A stretch of 41,532 nucleotides of DNA from a virus (IMGVR_UViG_3300024275_000015:1-41532), one strand, 5' to 3'; shown: positions 24,701 to 34,282, counted from the first letter of the stretch. The notes: a model not told the origin generated them from the sequence alone. Program-made: numbers and translations.

Positions 24701-26799
24701 GCGATGCTCACCGTTCCGCCCTTGACCCGGAAGCTCTTGCGAATCCAGCGCCGGAATTCCTGCTCGCCGCCCGGGGTGATCTGTACGACGATCGGGCGGT
24801 CGTCTCGGCCGCCGACGTCGGGCATCTGATCGAGCGGCACGACCGCCTCGTCTTGCCCGCCCTCGCCTGCGTTGACGAGCGTGCCCCCGGGCTTCGAGCG
24901 CACGATGCCGCCGTGCGCGAGCTGCGGGATGCTGGGCACGCCGATCGTGCCCCCGCCGAAGGTGTGACCGAGCACCGAGAACGAGGGGATAGTGAAGTGC
25001 AAGCTATTCCATTTCCCGATGACCCAATTGATAGCCGAGCGGAAGCCCGACTTAAGGCCATTCCACATTGACGCTAGGCGCGCATTGATCTTCGACGGCA
25101 TGGAAATAATCCAGTTGAAGAAAGAGGCAGCCTTCGACTTGATCCAATTCCATGCGGCGATTGCCGCGTTGCTTACCGTCTTCCATGCCCACACGTAAAC
25201 CGAGATGTAGCGCTTGACCGCGGCGATCAGGAAGTTGAAGACCGCAACCGCAGCGGCCTTGATCCAATTCCATACGGCCGCGGCGGCTTCCTTGATGATG
25301 TTCCAGGCGGCGATCCAAAAGTCGCGGAATGCCGAAGAGTGCTTCCATAGCAGGATGATCGCGCCGACGAGTGCGGCGATCGCGAGAACGATGAGCCCGA
25401 TCGGGTTCGCGTCCATGGCGATATTCCACAGCCATTGCGCAGCAGCCATTGCCTTAGTTGCGATCGCGACGGCGCCCTGCTTGATGAGGTACGCGGCTAG
25501 CTGCGCGGTCGCGGCGACGAAGTTGCCGGCAAGCAGGGCGGCGTTCCATAGCGCCTGCGCGGCGACGGCGAGCCCGGTCGCGGTGCGCACGGCGACGACC
25601 CTCGCGAGGTACACCGCGATCTGTGCCGAGGCGATGACGAAGTTGGATGCGAGTAGGGCTGCCTTCCATGCGATCTGTGCGCCGGCCGCGAGCAGGGTCG
25701 CCGCCTTCGCCGCGACTGTGTACGCGGTGTAGACCTTCATCGCTGCGTTAACCGCGATGAAGCCCGCGACGAAGGCAGTGATCCACTTCGGCGGGATCGC
25801 GGCGACGAGCTGCGCGAGGGCGGTCGCGACGGCCGCCGTGATGGGCGCGAGCGGAGCGACGGCAACGGCGATGTGCGCCGCCGCGGTGGCGAGGTCGGTA
25901 AGCATCTTGAGCGCGCCCGGGCCCTGCGCTTGCATGTACGAGATGATCTTGTTAATGCCCGAGTCTTTGTCGGTGGACTGCGAGAATGCTGCCCACTTCG
26001 CGGTGACGTTTTCGAGCCACGTCAGGATCGCTTGCCCCTGCTGCGCGCCGAACTTGCCGAAGGTGTTACCGAGCGCCGTGCCGATATTGATGATGATGCT
26101 CGTGAGCGTGTGCAACGCAGGGCCGGCCGTCGCGGCGAGCCGAGTGAGAAACCCGCCGTCGATGAGCGCCTTGACCTTCGCGAGCAGGCGCTCGACCGCC
26201 GAGCGGCCGGCGTCAAAAAACGGCTGTAGCTGCAAGATCGCCTTACCGAGAATCTTGTAGCCAGTCGTCATGACGCCGAAGACCGCGGGCTTATTCTGCT
26301 CGACGAAATCCTGCCAATCCGACTTCATCTGTAGGAATGACTCGGTCGCCTTGCGGGTCGCGGGGGGCAGGTTGGCGAGACGAGCTTTGAGCTCTAGCAT
26401 CGCCTCGGCCTGCTTGTCGATGTACTTGCTATTGTCCTGCCCCGCGGCGGCGGCGAGCTTCGCCTCGCGCTTGTAGAGCGCGACCTTGTCGGCGAGATCC
26501 TGCGACTTCTTTGCGGCGTCGGTGACGTCGCTCATCGCGGTCTTAGTCACCGCGCCGAAGACGCCGGCCGCGACGCCCGCCCCCGCGAGGGCCGACCCGA
26601 CACTGATCAAGGCGGCGCCGGCGCCCGCGGCGGCAGGCACGACAGACGAGACAGAGAGCATGGTGCGTATCGTCTTGCCGGCAATGTCATCGATCTTCTT
26701 GAATCCGCTCGACAGTCCGTTTTGGATGTCGGTTACGTCCTTTTGCAGATTCTTCTTATCGATGCCGATCTTGATGAGCAGGTCGGCAAGTGTCGACAC
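24697..26799 (-). CDS. Tape measure protein
   Basis: 700 aa, Ala-rich helical; AMDANPIGLIVLAIAALV; periodic W/F repeats; follows the tail chaperones. Confidence 0.93.
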   Translation of the reverse strand: MSTLADLLIKIGIDKKNLQKDVTDIQNGLSSGFKKIDDIAGKTIRTMLSVSSVVPAAAGAGAALISVGSALAGAGVAAGVFGAVTKTAMSDVTDAAKKSQDLADKVALYKREAKLAAAAGQDNSKYIDKQAEAMLELKARLANLPPATRKATESFLQMKSDWQDFVEQNKPAVFGVMTTGYKILGKAILQLQPFFDAGRSAVERLLAKVKALIDGGFLTRLAATAGPALHTLTSIIINIGTALGNTFGKFGAQQGQAILTWLENVTAKWAAFSQSTDKDSGINKIISYMQAQGPGALKMLTDLATAAAHIAVAVAPLAPITAAVATALAQLVAAIPPKWITAFVAGFIAVNAAMKVYTAYTVAAKAATLLAAGAQIAWKAALLASNFVIASAQIAVYLARVVAVRTATGLAVAAQALWNAALLAGNFVAATAQLAAYLIKQGAVAIATKAMAAAQWLWNIAMDANPIGLIVLAIAALVGAIILLWKHSSAFRDFWIAAWNIIKEAAAAVWNWIKAAAVAVFNFLIAAVKRYISVYVWAWKTVSNAAIAAWNWIKSKAASFFNWIISMPSKINARLASMWNGLKSGFRSAINWVIGKWNSLHFTIPSFSVLGHTFGGGTIGVPSIPQLAHGGIVRSKPGGTLVNAGEGGQDEAVVPLDQMPDVGGRDDRPIVVQITPGGEQEFRRWIRKSFRVKGGTVSIA

Positions 26800-26802
26800 T
26801 GG

Positions 26803-27146
26803 CTAGCCTCCTAACGCCCTGTTCGCCCGCTTGATCGCCCGCAACATCTCTTCGCCTGACATCTCGGCGGGGCGTTCCGGCCGAGCCTTTCTGTCCCACT
26901 TCGGTATAAATTGCTCGGCCGTGAAAGGCTTTTGCCGCTTCCCCCTGTTCACGTTCGCGATCACTGCCGCCAACATGCCGAAAAGCTGATCGATCCGGCG
27001 GTCGCCGATCGGTCCCTCGACCTGCTCGTACGCTTGCCACTCGGTGAGCTCGCGCGAACTAATCCGCGCGAGCAGCTCTTCGACCGTGCACCCGAGCGCG
27101 AGGGCTAGTCGGAAGTACCCTCGCCGCTCGGGTCGTCGCCGAAATT
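26803..27146 (-). CDS. Tail assembly chaperone -1 frameshift extension (gpGT-like)
   Basis: Not in track; open -1 frame FRRRPERRGYFRLALALGCTVEELLARISSRELTEWQAYEQVEGPIG...FIPKW...ALGG*, entered at slippery A AAT TTC (27141-27147). Confidence 0.85.
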
Positions 27147-27500
27147 TTCGGCGAGGTTCTCGACATCCTGCTCGGACATGCCGGACAGTTCGCGCGCCTT
27201 GTCGAAGACCCGCTCAAGCGCCCGGGCGCTCTTGCGGCCGAGCGCCCGCACGTCGTCGGACGTGAACAGCAGCGCGCCGCTCTCGTCGACGAGGCAACGC
27301 GCGACGAGCTTCGCCCGAGCGTTGCTCAGGTTCACCTTTCGATCGTTGCCGTTCTGCTGAATGATCGACGCCTCGTAGTCGTCGCGCTGCTGCCCGGACA
27401 TGCCGCGAACCCGGACCGTGCCGCCCCACTCGGGTACCTCGATATCCTCGAAGACCTTGTCGTCGACGCTCAGAATGTCGTCGCGTGTGAGCAGTGTCAT
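27105..27500 (-). CDS. Tail assembly chaperone (gpG-like)
   Basis: LTRDDIL...VPEWGGTVRVRGMSG...RDDYE; ends with ENF at the slippery site. Confidence 0.9.
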   Translation of the reverse strand: MTLLTRDDILSVDDKVFEDIEVPEWGGTVRVRGMSGQQRDDYEASIIQQNGNDRKVNLSNARAKLVARCLVDESGALLFTSDDVRALGRKSARALERVFDKARELSGMSEQDVENLAENFGDDPSGEGTSD

Positions 27501-27561
27501 CGCTCGTCTCTCCCCTTGTTGATCTTTGTCACGCATGCTTACGCCGCGGTGGCGTTACGGG

Positions 27562-27999
27562 CTAGCTTCCGGTCTGAGTGAGCGTCGGCTTGCCCGTGAC
27601 CTTGATCGTCATCGACCGGGCCATCTTGTCGTCGTACGGGAACTCGTCGCCGAGCTCGGTCATGATGCCCTTGAGCTGCCACGTGTGCTCGTCGGCCGTA
27701 CCGGGCAGGATGACAACCCGGTAGTTACGCGGGTCGGTGTCGTCGAAGTCGTCGTCGAGGTCGTGAGTGAGCTCGCCCGGGTCGTAGTTGATATCGAGTT
27801 GGACCTCGCCGCCATCCTTGAGCCCGCCGATGAACTCTTTCCACTGCTCGGGCGAGTCGTGCGCGGTGACGTCGATCGTCTCGCGCTTGCGGTCCGGGCC
27901 CTTGATGCTGGTGACGTTGGCGATCGTCTCGTACGTGGTACCCGGGGTGATGGTGGTCGCCCGCTGAAAGAGCGTGCCGAACCCGTCGCGTCCGCTCAT
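27562..27999 (-). CDS. Major tail tube protein
   Basis: RETIDVTAHDS...EFIGGLKDGGEVQLDINYDP...IKVTGKP. Confidence 0.92.
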   Translation of the reverse strand: MSGRDGFGTLFQRATTITPGTTYETIANVTSIKGPDRKRETIDVTAHDSPEQWKEFIGGLKDGGEVQLDINYDPGELTHDLDDDFDDTDPRNYRVVILPGTADEHTWQLKGIMTELGDEFPYDDKMARSMTIKVTGKPTLTQTGS

Positions 28000-28011
28000 C
28001 GGCGGCGCCTC

Positions 28012-28476
28012 CTAACTCAACTGCACGGTTTGAATGCGGAACCTGAGTACATGATGCCTGATCTGCGGGTCAGGGTCTTCGAGCGCCTGGTCGAATTCCT
28101 GGCGGATGGTCACGCAACGGTGCCCGTCGCCCGCCAGGGCGGCCGAGAACGCCGCGACTTGCCGATCGAGTAGTGCGGTGACCCGGTCGGCGATCGCCTG
28201 CCCCTGGGCGTTGCTACGCGCCTGCGTCCACACGTGCAGCGTCACGGTCACCTCGCGGCCGGCCGAGGTGTGGTCGCCATCGGGAATTGAGAGGTGGTCG
28301 CCGACGCGCAGGTACGGCTTCGCCTGCCCCTCGGGTGGTTGGTCGACGACGGCCGGCGTCGAGGGCGTCATGCCCTTGATCGGCGCGAGCAGCCCCGCGA
28401 GGGTCGCGTCGCCGCGCAAGATCGTGACGATTGCCTTTTGAATCGGCGTGATCGAGTTGCGAGTCGTGATCGTCAC
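28012..28476 (-). CDS. Tail terminator (DUF3168-like)
   Basis: GTG 28476; PYLRVG, VTLHVW, RHHVLRFR. Confidence 0.85.
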   Translation of the reverse strand: MTITTRNSITPIQKAIVTILRGDATLAGLLAPIKGMTPSTPAVVDQPPEGQAKPYLRVGDHLSIPDGDHTSAGREVTVTLHVWTQARSNAQGQAIADRVTALLDRQVAAFSAALAGDGHRCVTIRQEFDQALEDPDPQIRHHVLRFRIQTVQLS

Positions 28477-28841
28477 AGTCGCTCCAAAGTAGCTTTGACC
28501 TCGGCCTTGACGCGCTTCGGGAACCGCTTCCGGGTGATCTCGGAAGCGGGCACGATGAACGGTTGCGCCGGCGTGTCGTCGGTCCCGTTCTCGACGAACT
28601 TCGCGTACCGGGCCGTGACCGCGACCGTGCCCGCGAGCGCCGCCTCGTCGTACTCGGCTTGCACCGAGTCGCGCAGCGTTCCGGTCTTGACGGGCGCGCC
28701 GCGCCTGACGTCGTCGGCAGTCTCTTCGGTCTCGCCCTTGACGGCCCGGCCCGCGGCGGCGTGCACGCCGAGGGGCAGCGCGCGCAGCTTCCTTTCGAGC
28801 TCTTCGAGCCCGTCGATGCGAATGTTCCGGGTCTTCGACAT
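28473..28841 (-). CDS. HK97 gp10-family tail completion protein
   Basis: IDGLEELERKL, APVKTGTLRDS, YAKFVENGT, PAQPFIVPA. Confidence 0.9.
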   Translation of the reverse strand: MSKTRNIRIDGLEELERKLRALPLGVHAAAGRAVKGETEETADDVRRGAPVKTGTLRDSVQAEYDEAALAGTVAVTARYAKFVENGTDDTPAQPFIVPASEITRKRFPKRVKAEVKATLERL

Positions 28842-28844
28842 CGC

Positions 28845-29258
28845 CTAGTCCTGCTGCTTGCGCGGCCGGCCCGGGCCGCGGCGCGGCGGCGTCGGCGGGG
28901 CGACCGGGTTGAGCTCGCGGTCGAGCGCCTCGAAGACCGCGTCGGCGAGCCACCCGACGTGCGTCGGCAGGTTGTCGGCGTCGACGACGCCCCGCTCGAT
29001 CAGTCCGTCGCGCAGGCGCACGAGCTGCTCGCGCATGCCCTCAGCCTCGACGGCGAGCTCGGGGTCGGCGCCGGCGGCCGGCACCTCGTCGCCCTCGTAC
29101 GGCAGGTCGATCGTGTGCGCCGCGAAGAGCTCGGGGAACTGCTCGGCGATCGGGTGCCGCGCGTCGGCGAGGGTCTTGCCGCGCACGAGCCGGAACTTCG
29201 TGCCGTCCGGCCCGCTGACGAGCCCGCTACGGGTCGCGACGACGATCTCGGTAGTCAT
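28845..29258 (-). CDS. Hypothetical protein with C-terminal AT-hook-like RGPGRPRK
   Basis: ATGA coupling, AAGGAAG SD; HPIAEQFPELF motif. Confidence 0.75.
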   Translation of the reverse strand: MTTEIVVATRSGLVSGPDGTKFRLVRGKTLADARHPIAEQFPELFAAHTIDLPYEGDEVPAAGADPELAVEAEGMREQLVRLRDGLIERGVVDADNLPTHVGWLADAVFEALDRELNPVAPPTPPRRGPGRPRKQQD

Positions 29259-29989
29259 GCTGTGGCTTCCTTTCGTAGGGCCGTCACGAGCGCCGCGACG
29301 CCCGGGAGGTGGTCACGCTTCCATCGGCGGTAAGCGGGGCGATCCTTCGCGTACTGCTCGGGCGAGTTGACCCGCCGGTACTGATCGTCGAGCTCGGCGC
29401 GCTGCCCCGCATACGGGTTGTTGTGGTCAATGATCAGATCGGGCAACCATCGATAGCACCCCGCGGCCCGGGCGAACTCGCGCACCGCGTCGTCGCAGAA
29501 CAGGTGCTCGACGGGCGCCGGCACCATGCCGCCGAGCGCGCCGACAATGTCGGCCGTCATTGCCCATTGCGTCGGCAGGTCGTCGGGCCGGTATCCGTCC
29601 GGGCACGAGACGACGCCCGTGCCCATCTCGCGCAGCTCGCGCAGGTAGGTCGCTGCCCACCCTGCGGTAGCCGGGTGATGATCATCACCCATGAATCCGA
29701 GGGCGAACGGGTGGCGGGTTACCCGCAGGTAGTCGGCCGCCTTGTTGAGCTTCGGCACGAGCTGCTCGTGATGCGCGGCGTCGAGCCACGTGAACGGCAT
29801 CTCGGGTGCGTCGGCCCGGCCTGTCTCGAAGGCGGCACGGTACATCTCGACGAGCGGGTCGTCGTTGTCATAGACGAAAACGGGCTCGGCGCCGTCGAGG
29901 TGGGCGCCGGTTTCCCGCCACGCGCGCAGGAAGGGACGCACGTTGTGCGGCCGTGACCGGGTCGGCACGACGACGATGAGCTGCGACAT
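29255..29989 (-). CDS. Glycosyltransferase family 2 (GT-A)
   Basis: LIVVVPTRSRP, YDNDD, KLN, FMGDDH, HLFCDD, IDH; start at ATG 29989 is favoured by TATGCT 7 nt upstream. Confidence 0.85.
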   Translation of the reverse strand: MSQLIVVVPTRSRPHNVRPFLRAWRETGAHLDGAEPVFVYDNDDPLVEMYRAAFETGRADAPEMPFTWLDAAHHEQLVPKLNKAADYLRVTRHPFALGFMGDDHHPATAGWAATYLRELREMGTGVVSCPDGYRPDDLPTQWAMTADIVGALGGMVPAPVEHLFCDDAVREFARAAGCYRWLPDLIIDHNNPYAGQRAELDDQYRRVNSPEQYAKDRPAYRRWKRDHLPGVAALVTALRKEATA

Positions 29990-30108
29990 GCCGAAAAGCA
30001 TAGACGTTCGGATGATTTTTTGAAGAAACGCAGATGCGGGGGTAGAAACCTAGCAGGTTTGGCACTAGGCTCATGCTTGCAAGTTGACGACGACCGAAAG
30101 GCAAGACG
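29990..30108. promoter_or_regulatory. Divergent intergenic promoter region with operator
   Basis: AT-rich; CTAGCAG-N5-GCACTAG (30050-30068), TAGGCT, CGAAAGG SD on plus; TATGCT on minus. Confidence 0.7.
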
Positions 30109-30720
30109 ATGACGAGCTTCGAGCGCGCAAACTGGACGATCGCCTACCGCAAGCGCACCGCTAACCGCTTCCTGCGCGTCTCGACATGGTCGGGCACGTG
30201 GTCGCAGGCGTACGGCATGTCGCGCCTGTTCGCGCAGGCGAACCCCGAGCTTGAGGTCTACTACACGAGCGACCGCTCGGCCGAGGTCGAGGGCTTCGTC
30301 GTCGAAGAGGATGTGCGCAACATCCTCGTTGACTCGGGTCGTCGGGTGCGCATCGTCGAGAGCGACGTCGAGCTGCCCGCCGAGATGATCGCCCGCATCC
30401 CTGCCCCCGAGGTCGCCCGCGAGCGTTGGGCCGACGGCGATGAGGTTGCCGACGCCGTCGGCGCCGAGCCGGCCGCGCCGTTCGCGCCGCTCGCCGACGT
30501 CGCCGCCGCGCAGGGCTTCGAGGTGTACGAGCGGCCGACCGTGCTCAAGACGATCGAGCTGCGGCGCGACGGCCGGCTCGTGCAAGCCTTCCGGAAGGTT
30601 TCCGACGCCCGGGCATGGCTCGCCGCCGAGCAGGCGGGTCGCCGCATCGACGACGCCGCGGCCGGGGGTCAGGCCGAGCAGGCGCACCGGCGTGCGGCGA
30701 CCGCCCTACTCATCGCTTGA
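30109..30720 (+). CDS. Hypothetical protein on the opposite strand inside the virion operon
   Basis: 203 aa, CGAAAGG SD, own operator; converges with the GT2 gene over 15 bp. Confidence 0.8.
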   Translation: MTSFERANWTIAYRKRTANRFLRVSTWSGTWSQAYGMSRLFAQANPELEVYYTSDRSAEVEGFVVEEDVRNILVDSGRRVRIVESDVELPAEMIARIPAPEVARERWADGDEVADAVGAEPAAPFAPLADVAAAQGFEVYERPTVLKTIELRRDGRLVQAFRKVSDARAWLAAEQAGRRIDDAAAGGQAEQAHRRAATALLIA

Positions 30721-31371
30721 CGGGTGCCACGCGAAGCCCGGGTGATCGATCGTCGGCCGCCCGGGCTTCGGCACGATGAGCGCCGGCCGCGCCCATGCCG
30801 TCGTGTCGTCACGAAACAGGTAGTAATACATGATTTTGTCGATGTACGCCTCGGGCTGCCCCGAGAGGTACGGGCGCACCTGCTTGACCCACACGCGATC
30901 TTCGGCCCGCCCGGGGCGCAGGCGGGCGAAGGTGCCGCGGCGGGCGATGTCGACGCGGATCGGGTCGAGGTGTGTGAAGTCGCGGTAAAGCTGCCCCTCG
31001 GCCGACCGCCCCCAATTCGGCCAGCGAAGCGAGTGCTCGACGATCTCGCGGCCGATGCCGTTCGTCGTGTAATCGATCTTGAAACCGACGTGCGCCGGCT
31101 CGCTCGCGAGGGCGGCGACGATCTCGGCGACGTAGTACTCGGGTACGAGGTCGTCGTCGTCGACGAACGAGACGTACGGACTCTCGGCCGCCGCGAGCAA
31201 CCCGTCGCGAATCTCGCCGATCGAGGGCCGCCCGTTGTTCCGCCACGCGAGCACCCGCACGGCGCCGGCATACTCGTCGAGCTGTGGCAGCAGTACGCCC
31301 ATGAGCCGCTCGAAGAGCGCCTCGCGCTGCCCGAGGGTCGGTACCAAAATCGTAAGCAGGGGCGGCGTCAT
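30706..31371 (-). CDS. Glycosyltransferase family 2 (GT-A)
   Basis: LTILVPTL, GEIRDGLL, YVSFVDDDD, ED-x-x-W, MYYY. Confidence 0.88.
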   Translation of the reverse strand: MTPPLLTILVPTLGQREALFERLMGVLLPQLDEYAGAVRVLAWRNNGRPSIGEIRDGLLAAAESPYVSFVDDDDLVPEYYVAEIVAALASEPAHVGFKIDYTTNGIGREIVEHSLRWPNWGRSAEGQLYRDFTHLDPIRVDIARRGTFARLRPGRAEDRVWVKQVRPYLSGQPEAYIDKIMYYYLFRDDTTAWARPALIVPKPGRPTIDHPGFAWHPSSDE

Positions 31372-32003
31372 GCGGTCGTCTCCGGTTCGGTCGTGCGTCG
31401 CGGCGTAAGCAGCAGGTCGGACCATCGCTCGTCACGCTTCCATCGGATGCGCGGCGCCCACCCGTTCGCGTTGCACCATGCGACGAGGTCGGGCCAATAG
31501 GCGCCCGGGGCGCCGCGGTGCTCGGTCTGCGTCTCGATGATGATGAGGTCGAGTAGGCCGAGGTTGGCCGTGCGTAGGGCGTCGAGCTCGGTTCCCTGCG
31601 TGTCGACGACGAGCACGTTGCCCGGATGCTCGGCTTGCACGTCGGCGACCGGTACGACGGTCACGGGGAAGGTTGCCGCCTCGGGGATGCGTACGTCGCC
31701 GAGCAGGCCAGAGAAAGCGCCGTCGGCCGCCCGATGGAACGTCGCGGTACCGGCCGGCCCGCACGCGAGATTGACGATGCCGACGATCGGGTTGTCGATC
31801 CACGGCGCGCCCGCCATGACGGCGCACGCTTCGGGGTCGGGCTCGACGAGCGTGACCCGCTCGAAACCGCACCCGAGATAGAGCGGCACCTCTTGCCCGA
31901 GGTGCGCGCCGACGTGGATGACGCCGACCGGGCGTACCCGAAGCTCTTCGAGGGCGTCGCCGATGAGCCGCAGGGACCATCGCCAATCATGAATGGTTTT
32001 CAC
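31368..32003 (-). CDS. FkbM-family SAM-dependent methyltransferase
   Basis: VIHVGAHLGQE, LVEPDP, VVDTQGTELDAL, IIIE. Confidence 0.88.
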   Translation of the reverse strand: MKTIHDWRWSLRLIGDALEELRVRPVGVIHVGAHLGQEVPLYLGCGFERVTLVEPDPEACAVMAGAPWIDNPIVGIVNLACGPAGTATFHRAADGAFSGLLGDVRIPEAATFPVTVVPVADVQAEHPGNVLVVDTQGTELDALRTANLGLLDLIIIETQTEHRGAPGAYWPDLVAWCNANGWAPRIRWKRDERWSDLLLTPRRTTEPETTA

Positions 32004-32353
32004 GTGGCGTCGCCCTCGTTTTGCAACTGCTCACAGTCGGCGCGCAGGTAGATCGGCTCGCTCGGCCGCACGGTCGATTTGACCCGCAGGTCATCGCCGT
32101 CGTCGAGCGCGATGAGGTGGTCGCCGCGGCGCACGTCGGCCGAGGGCTTGAAATGCGCGATGACGACGAAGGTCGCGTCGGCTTTCATCGCTTCGAGCTG
32201 CTCGACGCCGGCGGGCTGCGATACCTTCGCGCGCACGATGCCCGAGTCGACGAGCGTGACGTCGCTGCCCCCGACGGCGTCGCCCGAGGTGGTCGGCCGC
32301 ATCACCCGAAAGCGCCGATTGAGCTCGTGCGTGCCGACCTCGCCCGCCCTCAT
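32000..32353 (-). CDS. Head-to-tail stopper (SPP1 gp16-like)
   Basis: LNRR...GDAVGG...VRAKV...DVRRGD; position after the adaptor. Confidence 0.85.
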   Translation of the reverse strand: MRAGEVGTHELNRRFRVMRPTTSGDAVGGSDVTLVDSGIVRAKVSQPAGVEQLEAMKADATFVVIAHFKPSADVRRGDHLIALDDGDDLRVKSTVRPSEPIYLRADCEQLQNEGDAT

Positions 32354-33075
32354 TCGGCCGTCACCAGGGCCCACGTGTCGAGGTCGGCGGCGTCGCTACT
32401 GTAGGGGCTCGTCATCGTGACCGCGGTGAACGACGACACGCCGGCCGCCTTCCGCACGTCGGCCTCTTCTTTTTCGGTGAGGTAGACGACCTCACCGCCC
32501 TCGCGGCCGACCCGGTCATAGCTCGTCGTGCGGTCGCCAATCGTGCGCTGCGACAGACCGTGCGGGTTGTCGAAGGCGCGCGCCGCGGCGGCGACGCAGA
32601 TACGGGCGATGCGCCGCGGCACGCTGTCGAGGGCGTTCGTGGTCGTGAGGTAGGTCTTACGCGCCACGGTCCGGATGAGCTCGCTCGCCTCGTCGAGCAG
32701 GAACTCGCCGCGGGCGCGCTCGGCCTCGTCGAAGTCCTCGGGCAGGGCGCCGAGCTTGCGGGCGAGCATGCCGAAGCTCGCGAGCGGGGGCGCCTCGTCT
32801 TCGGCCGCGGCGAGGTAGAAGTACCCGACCTCGACATCGCTAACGCCGCCCGAGATGTTCCATTCGTACCCGTAGCGACCGACAACCGTCGCATCGACGG
32901 CCGGCACGATGGCGTCGAGGATGCCGACGCCGCCCGAGGTGGTCGGAACGTCAACCGTCGTGCCGTCGGTCTTCGTGAGCGTGAACGTGCCCGAGATGAC
33001 GACGGCCGCACCCGTGTCCGGGTCGGTCGCTTCGTAGCGCAGGGGGATCGGGTCGCCGAGATCGAATCGCCGCAT
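32350..33075 (-). CDS. Head-to-tail adaptor with extra N-terminal Ig-like domain
   Basis: C-half: LAS...LLDEASELIR...VP...AARAFDNPHG...TIGD...YLT. N-half beta-rich: GD-x-IPL...GRYGYEW. Confidence 0.8.
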   Translation of the reverse strand: MRRFDLGDPIPLRYEATDPDTGAAVVISGTFTLTKTDGTTVDVPTTSGGVGILDAIVPAVDATVVGRYGYEWNISGGVSDVEVGYFYLAAAEDEAPPLASFGMLARKLGALPEDFDEAERARGEFLLDEASELIRTVARKTYLTTTNALDSVPRRIARICVAAAARAFDNPHGLSQRTIGDRTTSYDRVGREGGEVVYLTEKEEADVRKAAGVSSFTAVTMTSPYSSDAADLDTWALVTAE

Positions 33076-33085
33076 GGTCGCCGCC

Positions 33086-33937
33086 TTAGTCCGCTGCTTG
33101 TACGCGGGTAACGATACGGGGGTCGCCGTTCCGGCTGATGATGCGCGGGCCGCGGGCGGGGCTGAGCGAGCCGCTCGTCGCCGTAACGGCGAGCCCTAGG
33201 CCGAGGGATGCAACGCCCTCCGACGAGCGCGCACCGCGGGCGTCGAGGGCTAGGGCGAGCCCGAGGTCGACGACGCCGGCCGAGTCGCGGGCGCCGGCCG
33301 CGGCGACCGCGAGATCGAGCCCGAGGGCCGCGGCGCCGGCCGAGCGCCGCGAGCCGACTGCGGCGACCGCGAGATCGAGCCCGAGGGCGACCGAGCCCTG
33401 CGCGGGAAGCGTGACCTCGCTCGATGTCGAGTTGCCATCGGTACCGTCCCACGTCCAGCTAGCGGTATCGCCGTCGGCGTACGTGTCGAGCGAGCCGACC
33501 TTTTCGAGCAGCACGGCACTCATGGCTAGGCCGACCGCGAGGGAATCCCACAGGACATAGATACCCGTCGCGAGGGCGGGCGCCGCCGCGGTGGTGAAGC
33601 TCGTTCGGGCCACGGTCCCGATGTCGCCGAGGTTGCCCGTGTTGTAGTTCTCGGGGAAGGTGTCGCCGCCCGCCGACCGGGTGTACCCGATGTAAACGGT
33701 CCGGCCGAACTGGAAAGCGGCCGAGCCGTTGTGCTGGTAGAACGACACGGTAAAGACGTCGCCCGGCGCGCACGCGGCCGTCGGGCATTGCAGATATCCG
33801 CCACCCGTCATGCGCACGCCGGTAGACCGCGGGCTACCGCCCGGTACGTCCGTCGCCCGGGCGAAGGTGCCCGAGCTCGAATACCCGGTCGCGTTGTTTT
33901 TCGCCGAGGGGTTCGGGCACAGATTGCGCCGTCCCAT
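33086..33937 (-). CDS. Putative virion accessory protein: CBM-like domain plus 20-aa repeats
   Basis: RNLCPNPS, YADGD...WDGT motifs typical of actinophage minor structural proteins; four G-x-x-x-LGL-x-LA repeats. Confidence 0.7.
   Translation of the reverse strand: MGRRNLCPNPSAKNNATGYSSSGTFARATDVPGGSPRSTGVRMTGGGYLQCPTAACAPGDVFTVSFYQHNGSAAFQFGRTVYIGYTRSAGGDTFPENYNTGNLGDIGTVARTSFTTAAAPALATGIYVLWDSLAVGLAMSAVLLEKVGSLDTYADGDTASWTWDGTDGNSTSSEVTLPAQGSVALGLDLAVAAVGSRRSAGAAALGLDLAVAAAGARDSAGVVDLGLALALDARGARSSEGVASLGLGLAVTATSGSLSPARGPRIISRNGDPRIVTRVQAAD
33175..33400 (-). repeat. About four 60-bp intragenic tandem repeats
   Basis: CGGCGACCGCGAGATCGAGCCCGAGGGC is identical at 33301 and 33361. Confidence 0.8.
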
Positions 33938-33946
33938 GCCGGCCGC

Positions 33947-34282
33947 CTACGTCGACGAGCCGGTAATGGTGAGCGCGGTGAGGTCGTAGTCGCCGTTCGC
34001 GTTAAACGCCTGGTCGCCCGTGAGCGCGTCGTAGCCGTAGAACGTGCCAGCGGTGCTCGCGCTGTAGAACAGGGCATGAGTCGCGCCGGCGGCCGGGGTG
34101 CCAGTGAACGAGTAGGGCACGCCGGTAGCGGTGATGACGCCGCTCGCGACCGAGCTCGCGAGCTGATGACGTTCATTCGAGGTCTGGTTACCCGAGCCCG
34201 TGCCGTTGCCGATGGCGACCCAAACGACCGCCTCGTTGCCGTCGTCGAGGATCGCGTTAATGCCCGCGGTGTTGAGTGGCAC
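33947..34282 (-). CDS. Small beta-rich virion protein (tail-fibre/decoration-like)
   Basis: THALFYSASTAGTFYG...LTGDQAFNANG-x-Y motif; G/T/S/A-rich. Confidence 0.7.
   Translation of the reverse strand: MPLNTAGINAILDDGNEAVVWVAIGNGTGSGNQTSNERHQLASSVASGVITATGVPYSFTGTPAAGATHALFYSASTAGTFYGYDALTGDQAFNANGDYDLTALTITGSST

Noticed and set aside
33175-33400. 60-bp repeats as DGR template/variable repeats
   Set aside because: In-frame tandem protein repeats; no reverse transcriptase and no adenine-specific variation.
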